Shown one piece after another: positions 1 to 9,652 of a DNA stretch of 64,000 nucleotides (position 1 is its first letter; the number at the start of each line of letters is the position of its first letter). Position numbers and translations under genes: made by a program. This DNA is from an uncultured Bacilli bacterium (GTDB lineage Bacteria > Bacillota_I > Bacilli_A > RF39 > UBA660). Under the pieces are notes generated by a model. It was not told the DNA's origin. It was given only the letters and a program-made list of their open reading frames with translations, and made no database searches. The DNA lies in NCBI GenBank assembly GCA_934163035.1, contig CAKPJX010000002.1, positions 13,977 to 77,976 of the forward strand, in the 5' to 3' direction.

Positions 1-99
1 TTCTGCATACTTAGTAAGCTTATCTTTTTGAGCATGAATACTAAAACCATCATTTGCCTGCTCCTCAGTAGATACTCTACAATAAATAGCTGTATTCAT
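1..99 (-). CDS. serine recombinase (resolvase/invertase family), N-terminal 33 aa only; runs off the window start
   Basis: Minus-strand translation from the ATG at 97-99 gives MNTAIYCRVSTEEQANDGFSIHAQKDKLTKYAE. This is the classic serine-recombinase N-terminus with the catalytic Ser in RVSTEEQ. Not in the ORF track because it is truncated by the window edge. Confidence 0.6.
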   Translation of the reverse strand, partial: MNTAIYCRVSTEEQANDGFSIHAQKDKLTKYAE

Positions 100-285
100 A
101 ACTACAACTCACTTTTTGATTGATCAGAAATTCTTAAAACACTAGTCTTCAAAAAAAACTTCATCATCATAATTGATAACTCTTTTGGTAATTTAATCAT
201 ATAATCTCCTCTAATAATTCATCTAATTATATGAAAAATAAAACTAAATATTAAAAAAACTATAGTAACAAATACTATAGTATAA

Positions 286-2478
286 TTAATGTTTACTTTT
301 TAATTTATAAAAAATTAAACCACTAAGAGAAAGAAACGATATAACTAAACCAATATTTAATCCCTTAGGATAATAAGAAAACACAATCTTATTACTGCCC
401 TTATTACCTTTAACAGCCATAAATCCATTATCAACTTTTTCAATTGGAACTATCTTACCATTTATAGTAGCTCTCCAACCCTCATCATATGGAACAGTAT
501 ATAAAATTAAAGTATCCCCACTCAAATCAATAGATGATTTGAAACCATTATTAATATATTTAAATTTATTACTTTTAATATTTACATCACTATCATAAAG
601 ATTACCATACTTTTTTATTTGCTCATTACTTAAAATAATACTTTCATTAAGACTCTTAGTTTTTAAACCAGTACTATACTCCATAAACTCATTATTACTG
701 ATATATTTATTAAATACAAGACCCATCTCTCTAAAATCAGGATTAGAATATACACCATAGTTCTTAGTATTATAATCCAACTCATATCCAAATTCACTAA
801 GATCAGAATTACCACAAGAAATAATATATTTAACTGATAAAAAATTATTTAAATCTCTATTCTTATAATCAATATAGGTAGAAACAATTCTATTATAATC
901 TATACTCTTATAAAACTCAAAAGCACTACCAGAAATATTTGAATTAAAAGATTTTAAATTACTATTTTTAATTACCAATCCTAAATTAGATAGACATGAA
1001 TCAGTAGCATTACTTCTAACAAGTTCATTAAATTTAAGTTCTTTGTAACTATTTATATAATTATTAAAATATTCATCATAATTAAATTTATTACCTCTAT
1101 ATTTATATATAGTATAATTCCCCCAAAAACTAGAAAATATCATAACTCCTAAAATAATTAAAGAAACTTTATTTTTAGAAAATTTGAATATTAGAAAAAG
1201 CATAACTAAATTAATAACCATAGCACCAATCATCATAAAAATATATCTAATATCATGGATATACTGAATATTAGGATGAATACAACGTAATACAAAGTAA
1301 AATAAAATTACCAAAAACAAACTACTAATAGAAATCAAAAAACCAGATGTTGTTTTAATATTATCCTCTAAACATTTTAAAGATGCTAAAGACATAATTA
1401 ATACAGGCATATAAAACCATCTTGCATAGTATGTTGTTGTAAATAGAAAAAACATACTATTTAGTATTGGTATCATCATAATAAATACACAAGTAATCAT
1501 CAAAATACTAATCCAACTTTTAGGTTTTTTTAATATATATGAAATACCAAGAACAGATCCTACAAATGGTAAATAAAAGTCAACACTACCATAATTTTGA
1601 ATGTTTAAAAAAGCTCTTGGATACATTATTTCAGATGGAAAGAAAAAAGCCCTAAATATTTCAACATAATGTGAAAAATTATTATACTTAAGACTACCAA
1701 GAAGTGTCCAACTATTACTAACTCTAGGATTAGAAACAGTAAATAAAAACGAAGGTATTAAAACAAAACTAGCTAATAAAGTTCCAAGTACACCCTCAAG
1801 AAGAATAGTAAAAAACTGTCTCCAACTAAACTTATAATCTTTTGATAAGACTTTAAACAAATAATATATTATTACAAATGCAACCTGGCCAATAAACATA
1901 AACCAATTAGTAAATGCATTTAACGCAACACATAATGCAAAAGGTAATTTCTTACCATCATACACTAAATTATCAAGAGTATATAAAAGTAGTGGAAATA
2001 AGACTACTGAATCATACATATGAAAAAGTATACTTGTAAATTGAAAACCACAAAAAGAATATAATAAAGATCCTAATACTGCTAGTTTTCCATCTTTAAC
2101 ATATCTCTTTAAAAACAAATATGAAGTAAGTCCAGATACAGAAAATTTAATTATTATTAAAAATGGATTAATTATAGGAATCCAATCTACTGGGAATAAA
2201 TAAGCAATCAGACTAAAAGGACTAAATAAATTATAAAAACTAAATGTTGCGATAAAGTCACTGCCTAAATCATTAAACCAAGTCCATAAATAGCTACCAG
2301 ATTTCAATGAATAATTAGCTATTTTCCCAAATAAAATCTGCTGAGTATTATAATCAGCCACTAAAGAAAATAATCCTTTACCAACAATCATATTAGGAAG
2401 AATAATTAAACAACCTAATATAAATGAAAGAAAAAAAGACATAAACAAATAATTTTTAAAAATGCTTTTTTTCTTCAT
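286..2478 (-). CDS. large polytopic membrane protein, YfhO-like (putative membrane glycosyltransferase)
   Basis: 730 aa with about 12 N-terminal transmembrane segments followed by a C-terminal soluble domain. Length and architecture match the bacterial YfhO family. No catalytic motif is verifiable by eye. Confidence 0.5.
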   Translation of the reverse strand: MKKKSIFKNYLFMSFFLSFILGCLIILPNMIVGKGLFSLVADYNTQQILFGKIANYSLKSGSYLWTWFNDLGSDFIATFSFYNLFSPFSLIAYLFPVDWIPIINPFLIIIKFSVSGLTSYLFLKRYVKDGKLAVLGSLLYSFCGFQFTSILFHMYDSVVLFPLLLYTLDNLVYDGKKLPFALCVALNAFTNWFMFIGQVAFVIIYYLFKVLSKDYKFSWRQFFTILLEGVLGTLLASFVLIPSFLFTVSNPRVSNSWTLLGSLKYNNFSHYVEIFRAFFFPSEIMYPRAFLNIQNYGSVDFYLPFVGSVLGISYILKKPKSWISILMITCVFIMMIPILNSMFFLFTTTYYARWFYMPVLIMSLASLKCLEDNIKTTSGFLISISSLFLVILFYFVLRCIHPNIQYIHDIRYIFMMIGAMVINLVMLFLIFKFSKNKVSLIILGVMIFSSFWGNYTIYKYRGNKFNYDEYFNNYINSYKELKFNELVRSNATDSCLSNLGLVIKNSNLKSFNSNISGSAFEFYKSIDYNRIVSTYIDYKNRDLNNFLSVKYIISCGNSDLSEFGYELDYNTKNYGVYSNPDFREMGLVFNKYISNNEFMEYSTGLKTKSLNESIILSNEQIKKYGNLYDSDVNIKSNKFKYINNGFKSSIDLSGDTLILYTVPYDEGWRATINGKIVPIEKVDNGFMAVKGNKGSNKIVFSYYPKGLNIGLVISFLSLSGLIFYKLKSKH

Positions 2479-2583
2479 AACACTACCTCCAAAAGAAAAG
2501 AATGGTATGAATCCATTCTAAACTAACTACTAGCTTTATCTGTAAATCATACATCTAAAACTATAATATCATAAACAATAATT

Positions 2584-3642
2584 CTAATCAAAATAATTAA
2601 GCATCATTGCTTTTTTTACTTCTTTTAAAGTCTCTCTAGCTTTCTTTCTAGCCTTTTCTGTTCCATCTTTTAAAACTTTATAAACATACTCTGGATTTTT
2701 CTCTAATTCTTCTCTTTTTTCACGTATTGGAGCCAATTCTTCTTGTAATATATTATTTAAGAATTTTTTTATTTTCATATCACCTAAGCCACCACGCCTA
2801 TAATGATCTTTTAATTCATCAAGATTCTTATATTCAGGCAAATACTTTTCAAATGAATCCTCCCTACAGAATACATCAAGATAAGTAAATACAACGTTAC
2901 CTTCCACTTTACCAGGATCATCAACCCTTATATGATTAGGATCAGTATACATACCAAAAACTTTCTTCTTTATTTCTTCAGGACTATCCTTTAGAAAAAT
3001 ACAATTACCTAAAGATTTACTCATTTTAGCATTACCATCAGTACCAACTAATCTCTTTTCATTAGCAGTCTCTGGTAATAGTGCTTCTGGTTCTACCAAA
3101 GTTTCTCCATAAATAGAATTAAACTTTCTAACTATTTCTCTAGCCTGTTCAATCATTGGTAATTGGTCATCACCAACTGGTATAATTGTAGCTTTAAAAG
3201 CTGTAATGTCTGCCGTTTGACTAACTGGATAAGTGAAAAAACCAGCTGGTATACTCTCTTCAAAACCACGTAATTTAATTTCTTCTTTAACTGTTGGATT
3301 ACGATGAAGCCTAGCTACAGTTACTAAATTCATATAATAAAATGTAAGTTCAGTTAACTCTGATACCTCAGATTGAATAAAATAACTGACTTTATTTGGA
3401 TCAATACCACAAGCTAAATTATCTAGTGCTACCTCAAAAATATTATCTCTAACTTTCTTAGGGTTATCAAAGTTATCAGTTAATGCCTGAGCATCAGCAG
3501 CAAATAAATACATCTCATCATAATCACCACTATTTTGAATTTTAACTCTACTTCTTAAAGAGCCAACATAATGACCTATATGTAATGGACCAGTTGGTCT
3601 CTCACCAGTTAATATTATTTTTTTATTTTCCATAAATTTCAT
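2584..3642 (-). CDS. trpS: tryptophan--tRNA ligase
   Basis: Class I aminoacyl-tRNA synthetase signatures [16 protein letters not shown] (HIGH) and KMSKSLGN (KMSKS). The 352-aa length is typical of TrpS. Confidence 0.95.
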   Translation of the reverse strand: MKFMENKKIILTGERPTGPLHIGHYVGSLRSRVKIQNSGDYDEMYLFAADAQALTDNFDNPKKVRDNIFEVALDNLACGIDPNKVSYFIQSEVSELTELTFYYMNLVTVARLHRNPTVKEEIKLRGFEESIPAGFFTYPVSQTADITAFKATIIPVGDDQLPMIEQAREIVRKFNSIYGETLVEPEALLPETANEKRLVGTDGNAKMSKSLGNCIFLKDSPEEIKKKVFGMYTDPNHIRVDDPGKVEGNVVFTYLDVFCREDSFEKYLPEYKNLDELKDHYRRGGLGDMKIKKFLNNILQEELAPIREKREELEKNPEYVYKVLKDGTEKARKKARETLKEVKKAMMLNYFD

Positions 3643-3649
3643 CTCCTAT

Positions 3650-3940
3650 TTTTTATTTTATATATCAATCAAATTATAAGTAAAACCACCATCGAAAATC
3701 TAACATAACACCACTCCTAAAAAAAATCTTACCCTAATATATAGGATAAGATTTAAATCTTACTAATGCCACCTAACAATAATAAATCATGTACCATCAT
3801 ACATGTTCTTTTAATAACGAAGAGAAACTCCGTACTAGCCTACTATCATTTCGGTAGTCTTTCATCAGCCCACTCAATAACCTATATTACAATTTTCCAC
3901 CAACCAACTGTTCTCTTTTAAATATTAGAATTATCTACTA
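3650..3940 (-). promoter_or_regulatory. T-box riboswitch leader upstream of trpS, with an intrinsic terminator/antiterminator
   Basis: Minus-strand leader shows Stem I arms (AAGAGAAC ... GTTTCTCTTCG), a UGG-containing loop and a T-box-like sequence TTAGGTGGCATTAGTAAGATTT. That sequence can pair with the 5' arm of a terminator hairpin at plus 3726-3752 (ATCTTATCCTA/TAGGGTAAGAT), which is followed by a T-run. UGGC would pair with the tRNA-Trp acceptor end. Confidence 0.6.
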
Positions 3941-4052
3941 CTCTGAATCAACAATTTACAAGATAATTGTAAATTAAATTAAATAGTTTGTCAAACATAA
4001 GTTAAATTTTTGTAGTATAAAATTTAATTTTTTAGTATAATTATCTTAGGAA

Positions 4053-4487
4053 GTGAGTTATATGTCATTTATATGGATGATTAGTTTTATAGTCTTAGTA
4101 TTAATTGAAATATTTACTATAAACCTAGTAACTATATGGTTTGCGATTGGAGCACTAGTATCATTCTTTGTAAGTCTGTGTACAGAAAATATTGGATTAG
4201 AAATTTTAATATTTATAGTCATCAGTCTTATCACACTATTATTTACAAAAAAAGCTGTTAACAAAATTAAAGATAAAGAAATGATCCCAACGAATCTAGA
4301 TAGAGTAATAGGTCAAACTGGTATAGTAACAGAAAAAATAAAACCATTAGAACCTGGTGAGGTAAAAGTTGATGGTAAAAAATGGACTGCTATAGCTGAT
4401 AAAGAAATAGATATTAATGATGAAGTAAAAATTTTATCTATAAATGGTGTAAAACTCAAAGTAGAAAAAATAAGGGAGGAAAATTAA
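4053..4487 (+). CDS. NfeD-like membrane protein (stomatin operon partner)
   Basis: 144 aa with N-terminal transmembrane helices and a C-terminal beta-rich OB-like region. It lies immediately upstream of an SPFH/stomatin gene, with a 1-nt gap. Confidence 0.6.
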   Translation: MSYMSFIWMISFIVLVLIEIFTINLVTIWFAIGALVSFFVSLCTENIGLEILIFIVISLITLLFTKKAVNKIKDKEMIPTNLDRVIGQTGIVTEKIKPLEPGEVKVDGKKWTAIADKEIDINDEVKILSINGVKLKVEKIREEN

Positions 4488-4488
4488 T

Positions 4489-5373
4489 ATGATATGGATT
4501 ATTTTAATAATTATTTTAATAATCATAGTAGCCGGAATTAAAATTATTCCACAATCAAGATCAAAAGTAACAGAAAGATTAGGAAGTTATCATGCAACAC
4601 TTCAAACTGGAGTTCACTATGTAATTCCATTTATTGATAGAGTTGCTAACGACGTTAGTCTAAAAGAAATTGTAAAGGACTTTGCACCACAGCCTGTTAT
4701 AACAAAAGATAATGTTACAATGCAAATAGATACTGTAGTTTATTTTCAAATAACAGATCCAAAACTTTATACATATGGAGTTGAAAACCCTGTAAACGCT
4801 ATTGAAAACTTAACTGCTACTACTCTACGTAATATTATTGGAGAACTTGAACTTGATCAAACACTAACAAGTCGTGATATTATCAATTCAAAAATGCGTG
4901 CTATCCTAGATGAAGCAACAGATCCATGGGGAATCAAAGTAAATAGAGTTGAAGTAAAAAATATAATTCCACCAAGAGATATTCAAGAAGCTATGGAAAA
5001 ACAAATGCGTGCAGAGCGTGAAAGACGTGAAAAGATTCTTCAAGCTGAAGGTGAAAAGAAAGCTGCTATACTAATTGCAGAAGGCGAAAAAGAAAGTGCT
5101 ATTCTAAGAGCAGATGCTAAAAGAGAAACGCATATAAAAGAAGCTGAAGGTGAAGCTCAAGCTATATTAAAATTATCAGAAGCTAAAGCAGATGCCCTAA
5201 AGCTACTAAAATCAGCTGAAGTTGATGAAGCAGTATTAAAGCTTAAAAGTTATGATGCAATGGTACAAGTTGCTAATGGAAATGCTACTAAAATTATTGT
5301 TCCAAGCGAATTACAAAACCTAGCAACTATTGGTACAACAATAAATGAAATGATAGAACGTCCAAAAAAATAA
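4489..5373 (+). CDS. SPFH/band-7 (stomatin/prohibitin-like) membrane protein
   Basis: N-terminal transmembrane segment, then an SPFH core (YFQITDPKLYTYGVENP, NRVEVKNIIPP) and a coiled-coil AEGE-repeat tail. Confidence 0.85.
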   Translation: MIWIILIIILIIIVAGIKIIPQSRSKVTERLGSYHATLQTGVHYVIPFIDRVANDVSLKEIVKDFAPQPVITKDNVTMQIDTVVYFQITDPKLYTYGVENPVNAIENLTATTLRNIIGELELDQTLTSRDIINSKMRAILDEATDPWGIKVNRVEVKNIIPPRDIQEAMEKQMRAERERREKILQAEGEKKAAILIAEGEKESAILRADAKRETHIKEAEGEAQAILKLSEAKADALKLLKSAEVDEAVLKLKSYDAMVQVANGNATKIIVPSELQNLATIGTTINEMIERPKK

Positions 5374-5396
5374 AGAAGCTATGCTTCTTTTTTTTA
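5374..5396 (+). terminator. intrinsic terminator after the stomatin gene
   Basis: AGAAGC-TAT-GCTTCT hairpin followed by T8, directly after the stop codon. Confidence 0.5.
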
Positions 5397-5931
5397 AATT
5401 TATCAACCATTTACATATAGATAAATAATAATTTGAACTATTACAATTATTGGAATAATAATAATAAATTTATTCTTTTTTGTTTTATGGTGAAACATTA
5501 ACATTGAGATTAATTCTCCTGGACCTGCTCCTATTATTGCAAAAATATTAAGCTATTTTCTCTTATTCGCCATTCTTTTTTACAGGCTTTTATTTTATCA
5601 ATAAAGATTAGAAAAAATCCCAAGACATTAATTAAAATAAAATAAATATTCACCATCTTATAACTACACTCCGCTTTCTAAAAGTGCTATATATTTTTTC
5701 AACTATTTGTTTTAGCATAGTCAATAATGTTAAGCCACCAATAGGAATATTTCTCTTATCAAAAAAATGATAATGACAACCTATAAATACAATGCTTATA
5801 CTACTACCAATTAAGATAAAAGAAATTACTATCATAACACAACACACTTCTTAACAATACTGCATCATTTATATCTACTAGCTTGTATAATAATCAATTA
5901 CAAGATCGCTGCACTTACAGCCCTCATTCTA

Positions 5932-6579
5932 CTAATGTCCTTTCACATTTTTTTCAAGCCATTCGTATAAATATTTGTCTTTAAATGCATGTGATGAAAG
6001 ATAATGGTTATCACCTTTAATAATTTTTAATTCAATATTTGCTGCCCCAATATTCTTTAATTTATTGTAAGCAGTTATACTTTGATTTACATCCACAACA
6101 TCATCATTATCTCCATGATAAATTAAAATAGCCTTCTCTTTTATTGGTAATAAAACTCGATCTAGTGGAAGCATTATACCACCTGCTACTGAGATGATAC
6201 CTTTAAATAAATTAGGTCGCTCTATTATATAATTCCATGCTCCATAGGCTCCCATACTTGAACCAAGTACAAAAATATTATTTTTGTCAAACTCAAAATT
6301 TTTATACTCAATCTCTAACACTTTTTCAACATCTCTCAAATGATAATCCCAAAAATTGTTTTCATGACATTGAGGTGCTATTACTATATATGGAATATCA
6401 AACTCATTCAAATATTTGGGCAAGGCATATTTTTCAATATCAGCCAAATTGTTTCCTCGTTCCCCTATTCCATGCAAAAAAACTAATACTGGCATATTCT
6501 TTTTAACAACATTTGGATAATAAACATAATATTTGAACATCTCTTCATTAAAATTTATTTTTTGACTTTGTTTCAACAT
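5932..6579 (-). CDS. alpha/beta-hydrolase fold esterase (phospholipase/carboxylesterase-like)
   Basis: VLVFLHGIGERG oxyanion region and a GSSMG nucleophile elbow (GxSxG). Downstream Asp/His in HGDNDDVV and GDNHY. Confidence 0.6.
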   Translation of the reverse strand: MLKQSQKINFNEEMFKYYVYYPNVVKKNMPVLVFLHGIGERGNNLADIEKYALPKYLNEFDIPYIVIAPQCHENNFWDYHLRDVEKVLEIEYKNFEFDKNNIFVLGSSMGAYGAWNYIIERPNLFKGIISVAGGIMLPLDRVLLPIKEKAILIYHGDNDDVVDVNQSITAYNKLKNIGAANIELKIIKGDNHYLSSHAFKDKYLYEWLEKNVKGH

Positions 6580-6731
6580 TTTAAAACTCCTCTACTTAAA
6601 ATTTTAGATTTATATTATTTTAAATTCCATACTCATCTCTTAGTATTTCCTCTATATAAATATCAAACTAAAAATATTATATCATAACAAGCTTACATTC
6701 ATATACAATGACTACCATTTTTCTAGTAAAT

Positions 6732-7433
6732 TTATAATATTATCCAAATAAAAAGATTAATATTATAGTAAAATTTATACACGACTTTATTTGTATTAAC
6801 TAACCAAAACTTATTTTTAGTATTTTCTCTAAGATAATCTTCATATATTGATGAAAATTCTAATATTTTAGGATGATTAACAACTAACTCTCTAGCAATC
6901 ATTGTCATATCATGAGCAGTTGAATAATGACCATCTTGATCAAGACCAGTACAATTTTTAAATTGTGTATTTTTAAGCCCTAAACTCTTAACTTTTTTAT
7001 TCATTAATTCTACAAATTTCTCTTCACTACCACTAATAACTTCAGCCATTTGAACAGTAGCATCATTACCACTAGCCATTGATATACCCTTCATCAATTC
7101 CTTAATAGTAATCTTTTCACCCTCACTGATATATATTTGTGAGCCACCCATATCAGCAGCATTTTTACTAACTGTTACAACATCATCCAATTTAATTTTA
7201 CCACTTTCAATATTTTCTAGTATTAATATTTGTGCTACCATCTTTGTCATAGATGCTATCGCAACTTTTTCATTAATATTTTTCTCATATAATACTTTAC
7301 CTGTACTGGCCTCTATCAACATCCCACTAACAGCATTAGGTATAGGATCATTAACCTTACTTTCTTCAGCAAATACAAACAAAGGATTAAATATATAAAC
7401 ACCTAAAATAATTAACACTAATATTTTCTTCAT
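6732..7433 (-). pseudogene. D-alanyl-D-alanine carboxypeptidase (peptidase S11, DacA/PBP5-like), C-terminally truncated
   Basis: Signal peptide, SxxK (ASMTKM), SxN (SGND) and a conserved FKNCTGLDQDGHYSTAHDM block are present. The ORF stops about 60 aa early, before the KTG motif, and no downstream frame restores it. Confidence 0.5.
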
Positions 7434-7520
7434 GATAACCTCCTAATTTCTTTTATGACATACACTTAAAAAATATACATAAATTAAATATTTAATACTA
7501 TGATTTAGTAAGGTGATATA

Positions 7521-8354
7521 ATGAATCAAAAACACAAGATAATACTTACTTACATAATATGTATAATTATAATAATGACAAGTCTAATAATAGGTATTAA
7601 AAAAGTAGCTTGCAAAAGAAATTCAAAAAAACAAGAAATAAGTATTAAACAAAAGCCATCATATTACAAAGAAGAATATAAAAAAAGATATACTAATTAT
7701 CAAAAAAAGAATAAAAATTTATCTAAAGATCAAGTAATTATAGATGTAAATATAGGTCTAGATTATAATTATTATGAAAATACAAAACCATCTAAAAATT
7801 TAAATAAAGAAACCATCTTAGTAAATAAATACAACTATTTAAAAGAAAATTATATTCCAAACAATTTAGAAAATATAAATATTAAATATGCTAGAAGTGG
7901 TATGAGTCTAGTCAACTATGCAAAAAAAGCTTTTGAATCACTAGCAGAAGCTGCTAAAAAAGATGGCATGAACATAATAACCATGTCATCATATAGAAGT
8001 TATAAATATCAATACAATTTATATAACAAATATAAAGAACAAGATGGAAAAGAACTTGCTGATACCTATTCAGCAAGACCAGGTTACTCTGAACATCAAA
8101 CAGGCCTTGCTATAGATGTATATAATGGCGAAGAAACATTTACCAATTTTGAAAACACAAAGGAATTTAATTGGATGCAAGAAAATGCATACAAATATGG
8201 TTTTATTTTAAGATTTCCAAAAGATAAAACAAGAGAAACAGGATATAATTATGAATCATGGCACTATAGGTATGTGGGTATTCCTATCGCAACATATATA
8301 CATAAAAATAATATAAGTTTTGAAGAGTACTATATAAAAAAAATTGAAAAATAA
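7521..8354 (+). CDS. D-Ala-D-Ala carboxypeptidase, VanY/peptidase M15B family
   Basis: N-terminal transmembrane segment plus an M15 core: SYRSY ... ARPGYSEHQTGLAIDV ... ESWHYRY (zinc-binding His/Asp/His pattern). Confidence 0.75.
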   Translation: MNQKHKIILTYIICIIIIMTSLIIGIKKVACKRNSKKQEISIKQKPSYYKEEYKKRYTNYQKKNKNLSKDQVIIDVNIGLDYNYYENTKPSKNLNKETILVNKYNYLKENYIPNNLENINIKYARSGMSLVNYAKKAFESLAEAAKKDGMNIITMSSYRSYKYQYNLYNKYKEQDGKELADTYSARPGYSEHQTGLAIDVYNGEETFTNFENTKEFNWMQENAYKYGFILRFPKDKTRETGYNYESWHYRYVGIPIATYIHKNNISFEEYYIKKIEK

Positions 8355-8939
8355 CTACTTTTCAACTCTTTTATCATACCTTTTAAAATATTTATACAAA
8401 TTATAGAAAAATGTAAATAAAAACCACATAACAAATAAAACATTACTAACTTGAACCAACGATAAAATAGAATTATTACTATATAAATCAATAGTACTAG
8501 CTAAATCAATTTTATTATATGAAATGACCGAAATAAATAAAAAGAATAGTAAGTTAAATAATGTAAATACTACATAATTAAATATCTTTTTAAAGTCTGT
8601 TATCTTCTTACTAAAAACAGTAATCATGAGTATAGTAACTACTAAAATCTCCATATAGAAATAAACAACAGTAGATGGAAAATAAATATATTTTAGAATT
8701 AGTTTAAGGACTTTATCTATACAGTAACCAGTATAATCAAGATTAAAAATTATTAGTAAGACTATAAACATTGAAAATATTGCCAATGTGAAATAATTAA
8801 TTACTTTTTCTTTTTGTTTTATATTAAGGATAGATATAACTAAAAAAAAGGTGCATAGTAAGAATAATTCTATTCCAAGAAAAGATGAAAATGTTGTTTT
8901 AAAAACACTAAATATCTTATCTAAAATAGATAAATTCAT
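8355..8939 (-). CDS. hypothetical polytopic membrane protein
   Basis: 194 aa, 5-6 transmembrane helices, no recognisable motif. Lies downstream of the sortase gene. Confidence 0.3.
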   Translation of the reverse strand: MNLSILDKIFSVFKTTFSSFLGIELFLLCTFFLVISILNIKQKEKVINYFTLAIFSMFIVLLIIFNLDYTGYCIDKVLKLILKYIYFPSTVVYFYMEILVVTILMITVFSKKITDFKKIFNYVVFTLFNLLFFLFISVISYNKIDLASTIDLYSNNSILSLVQVSNVLFVMWFLFTFFYNLYKYFKRYDKRVEK

Positions 8940-8965
8940 ACTAACACCTCCACTAACACAGCAAC

Positions 8966-9652
8966 TTATGAAACCAATTCTCCAACAAATACGGTTTGTT
9001 TAGTATCATCAAACTTAGTACAAGTAATAAGCGTTAAAGTGGTTGCATTATAATTTCTAACAATTCTAACAGTTCCAACTTTAGGAACATCATATATATT
9101 GACCAGAACATAGTGATAAGTATTTCCAGCATAAGTAACATACATATCAGTACCAATTGTCATTTTATATAAATTAGAAAAATATGCTGTATAAGCATTA
9201 CCTGAATGACTCATTAAAATTAAATTACCATTAACAACATCAGGCATACTAGATTTAGCTACAACAGCCACATTATAATCAATACTATTATATTTTGAAT
9301 CAGTTCCGTAAAAACCCCTTTTTAACCTTAAACTTGGTATTTCTAAAACCCCAAGATACTTACTATAATCAATTGGTTTATAAGTATTATCACCTGAATT
9401 ATTAGTACCATCACCATCAACATTATTAGCAATAGGTACATTATCAATAATATCCTCTCGAATGTTATTATTAGTATTGTTTGCCAAAGAAATAGCAACC
9501 AACATGTCAGAGAAAACTTCCTTTTTAATCTTTAAAAGATGATTAAAAGACAAAATAGATAAACCAAAAAATACAAGCAAAGAGCCAAATAATAAAATAT
9601 GACTCTTTTTAAATTTACTATTAATTACTTTCTTTAGGTTTAATATTTGCAT
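8966..9652 (-). CDS. sortase (cysteine transpeptidase)
   Basis: N-terminal transmembrane anchor, conserved His (LILMSHSG), the TLITCT active-site Cys motif, and Arg in VRIVRNY. Confidence 0.8.
   Translation of the reverse strand: MQILNLKKVINSKFKKSHILLFGSLLVFFGLSILSFNHLLKIKKEVFSDMLVAISLANNTNNNIREDIIDNVPIANNVDGDGTNNSGDNTYKPIDYSKYLGVLEIPSLRLKRGFYGTDSKYNSIDYNVAVVAKSSMPDVVNGNLILMSHSGNAYTAYFSNLYKMTIGTDMYVTYAGNTYHYVLVNIYDVPKVGTVRIVRNYNATTLTLITCTKFDDTKQTVFVGELVS

Noticed and set aside
5400-5931. Possible tiny transmembrane peptide (MLMFHHKTKKNKFIIIIPIIVIVQIIIYLYVNG) and the 65-aa ORF at 5650-5847, in the long spacer after the stomatin gene
   Set aside because: Weak or absent RBS and no conservation signal. 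Cannot be distinguished from chance ORFs in AT-rich DNA.
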